Of a stretch of 35,273 nt of DNA, positions 35,221 to 35,273 are shown in pieces. The position numbers and the translations under genes are program-made. The number at the start of each line of letters is the position of its first letter. The stretch's first letter is position 1. The notes under the pieces are model-generated. The model was given only the letters and a program-made list of their open reading frames with translations. It was not told the DNA's origin and ran no database searches. This DNA comes from Elusimicrobiota bacterium (GTDB taxonomy: Bacteria > Elusimicrobiota > Elusimicrobia > Elusimicrobiales > UBA9959), in contig JBAXKK010000020.1 of assembly GCA_037137395.1 (NCBI GenBank), forward strand, positions 1 through 35,273. The letters are read 5' to 3'.

Positions 35221-35273
35221 TGGCGGGGTCGACGGGATTCGAACCCGCGGTCTTCGCCTTGACAGGGCGACGT
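35221..35273 (-). tRNA. tRNA-Asp(GTC), 3' portion; 5' end lies outside the window
   Basis: Minus strand: anticodon arm TCGCC-CTGTCAA-GGCGA, T arm GCGGG-TTCGAAT-CCCGT, and encoded CCA ending at 35221. Confidence 0.95.

Overview
A 35.3-kb bacterial chromosomal window. Lipoproteins and a TPR/beta-barrel outer-membrane protein indicate a diderm. Gene style suggests Elusimicrobiota, but that is only an impression. There are about 33 protein-coding loci and the 3' part of a tRNA-Asp. No CRISPR array, rRNA, integrase or transposase was found. In order: an AddB/RecB-like PD-(D/E)XK nuclease gene broken by two in-frame stops; three secreted Cys-dependent enzymes (a candidate caspase/gingipain-fold peptidase, a papain-family protease and an agmatine/peptidyl-arginine deiminase); two divergent paralogues of an unrecognised family flanking TatD; radC; a dinB/DEDDh exonuclease/SRAP repair cluster; an ~11-kb candidate synthase-dependent surface polysaccharide locus (receiver protein, HEAT protein, processive GT2, two LtaS-type transferases, secreted GH-like protein, TPR-beta-barrel, GAF-HD-GYP); a signal-peptide rubrerythrin / NOX-like flavocytochrome / anchored MsrA cluster; and a GIY-YIG gene right after the tRNA. 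The least explained signal is non-coding: two families of dispersed, highly structured 150-250 bp elements. Family 2 shows at least 9 compensatory base-pair changes between copies, and one of its copies has terminal inverted repeats. One family-1 copy has a 12-bp target-site-like duplication. There are also inverted heptamer arrays, one lying in frame inside a gene.
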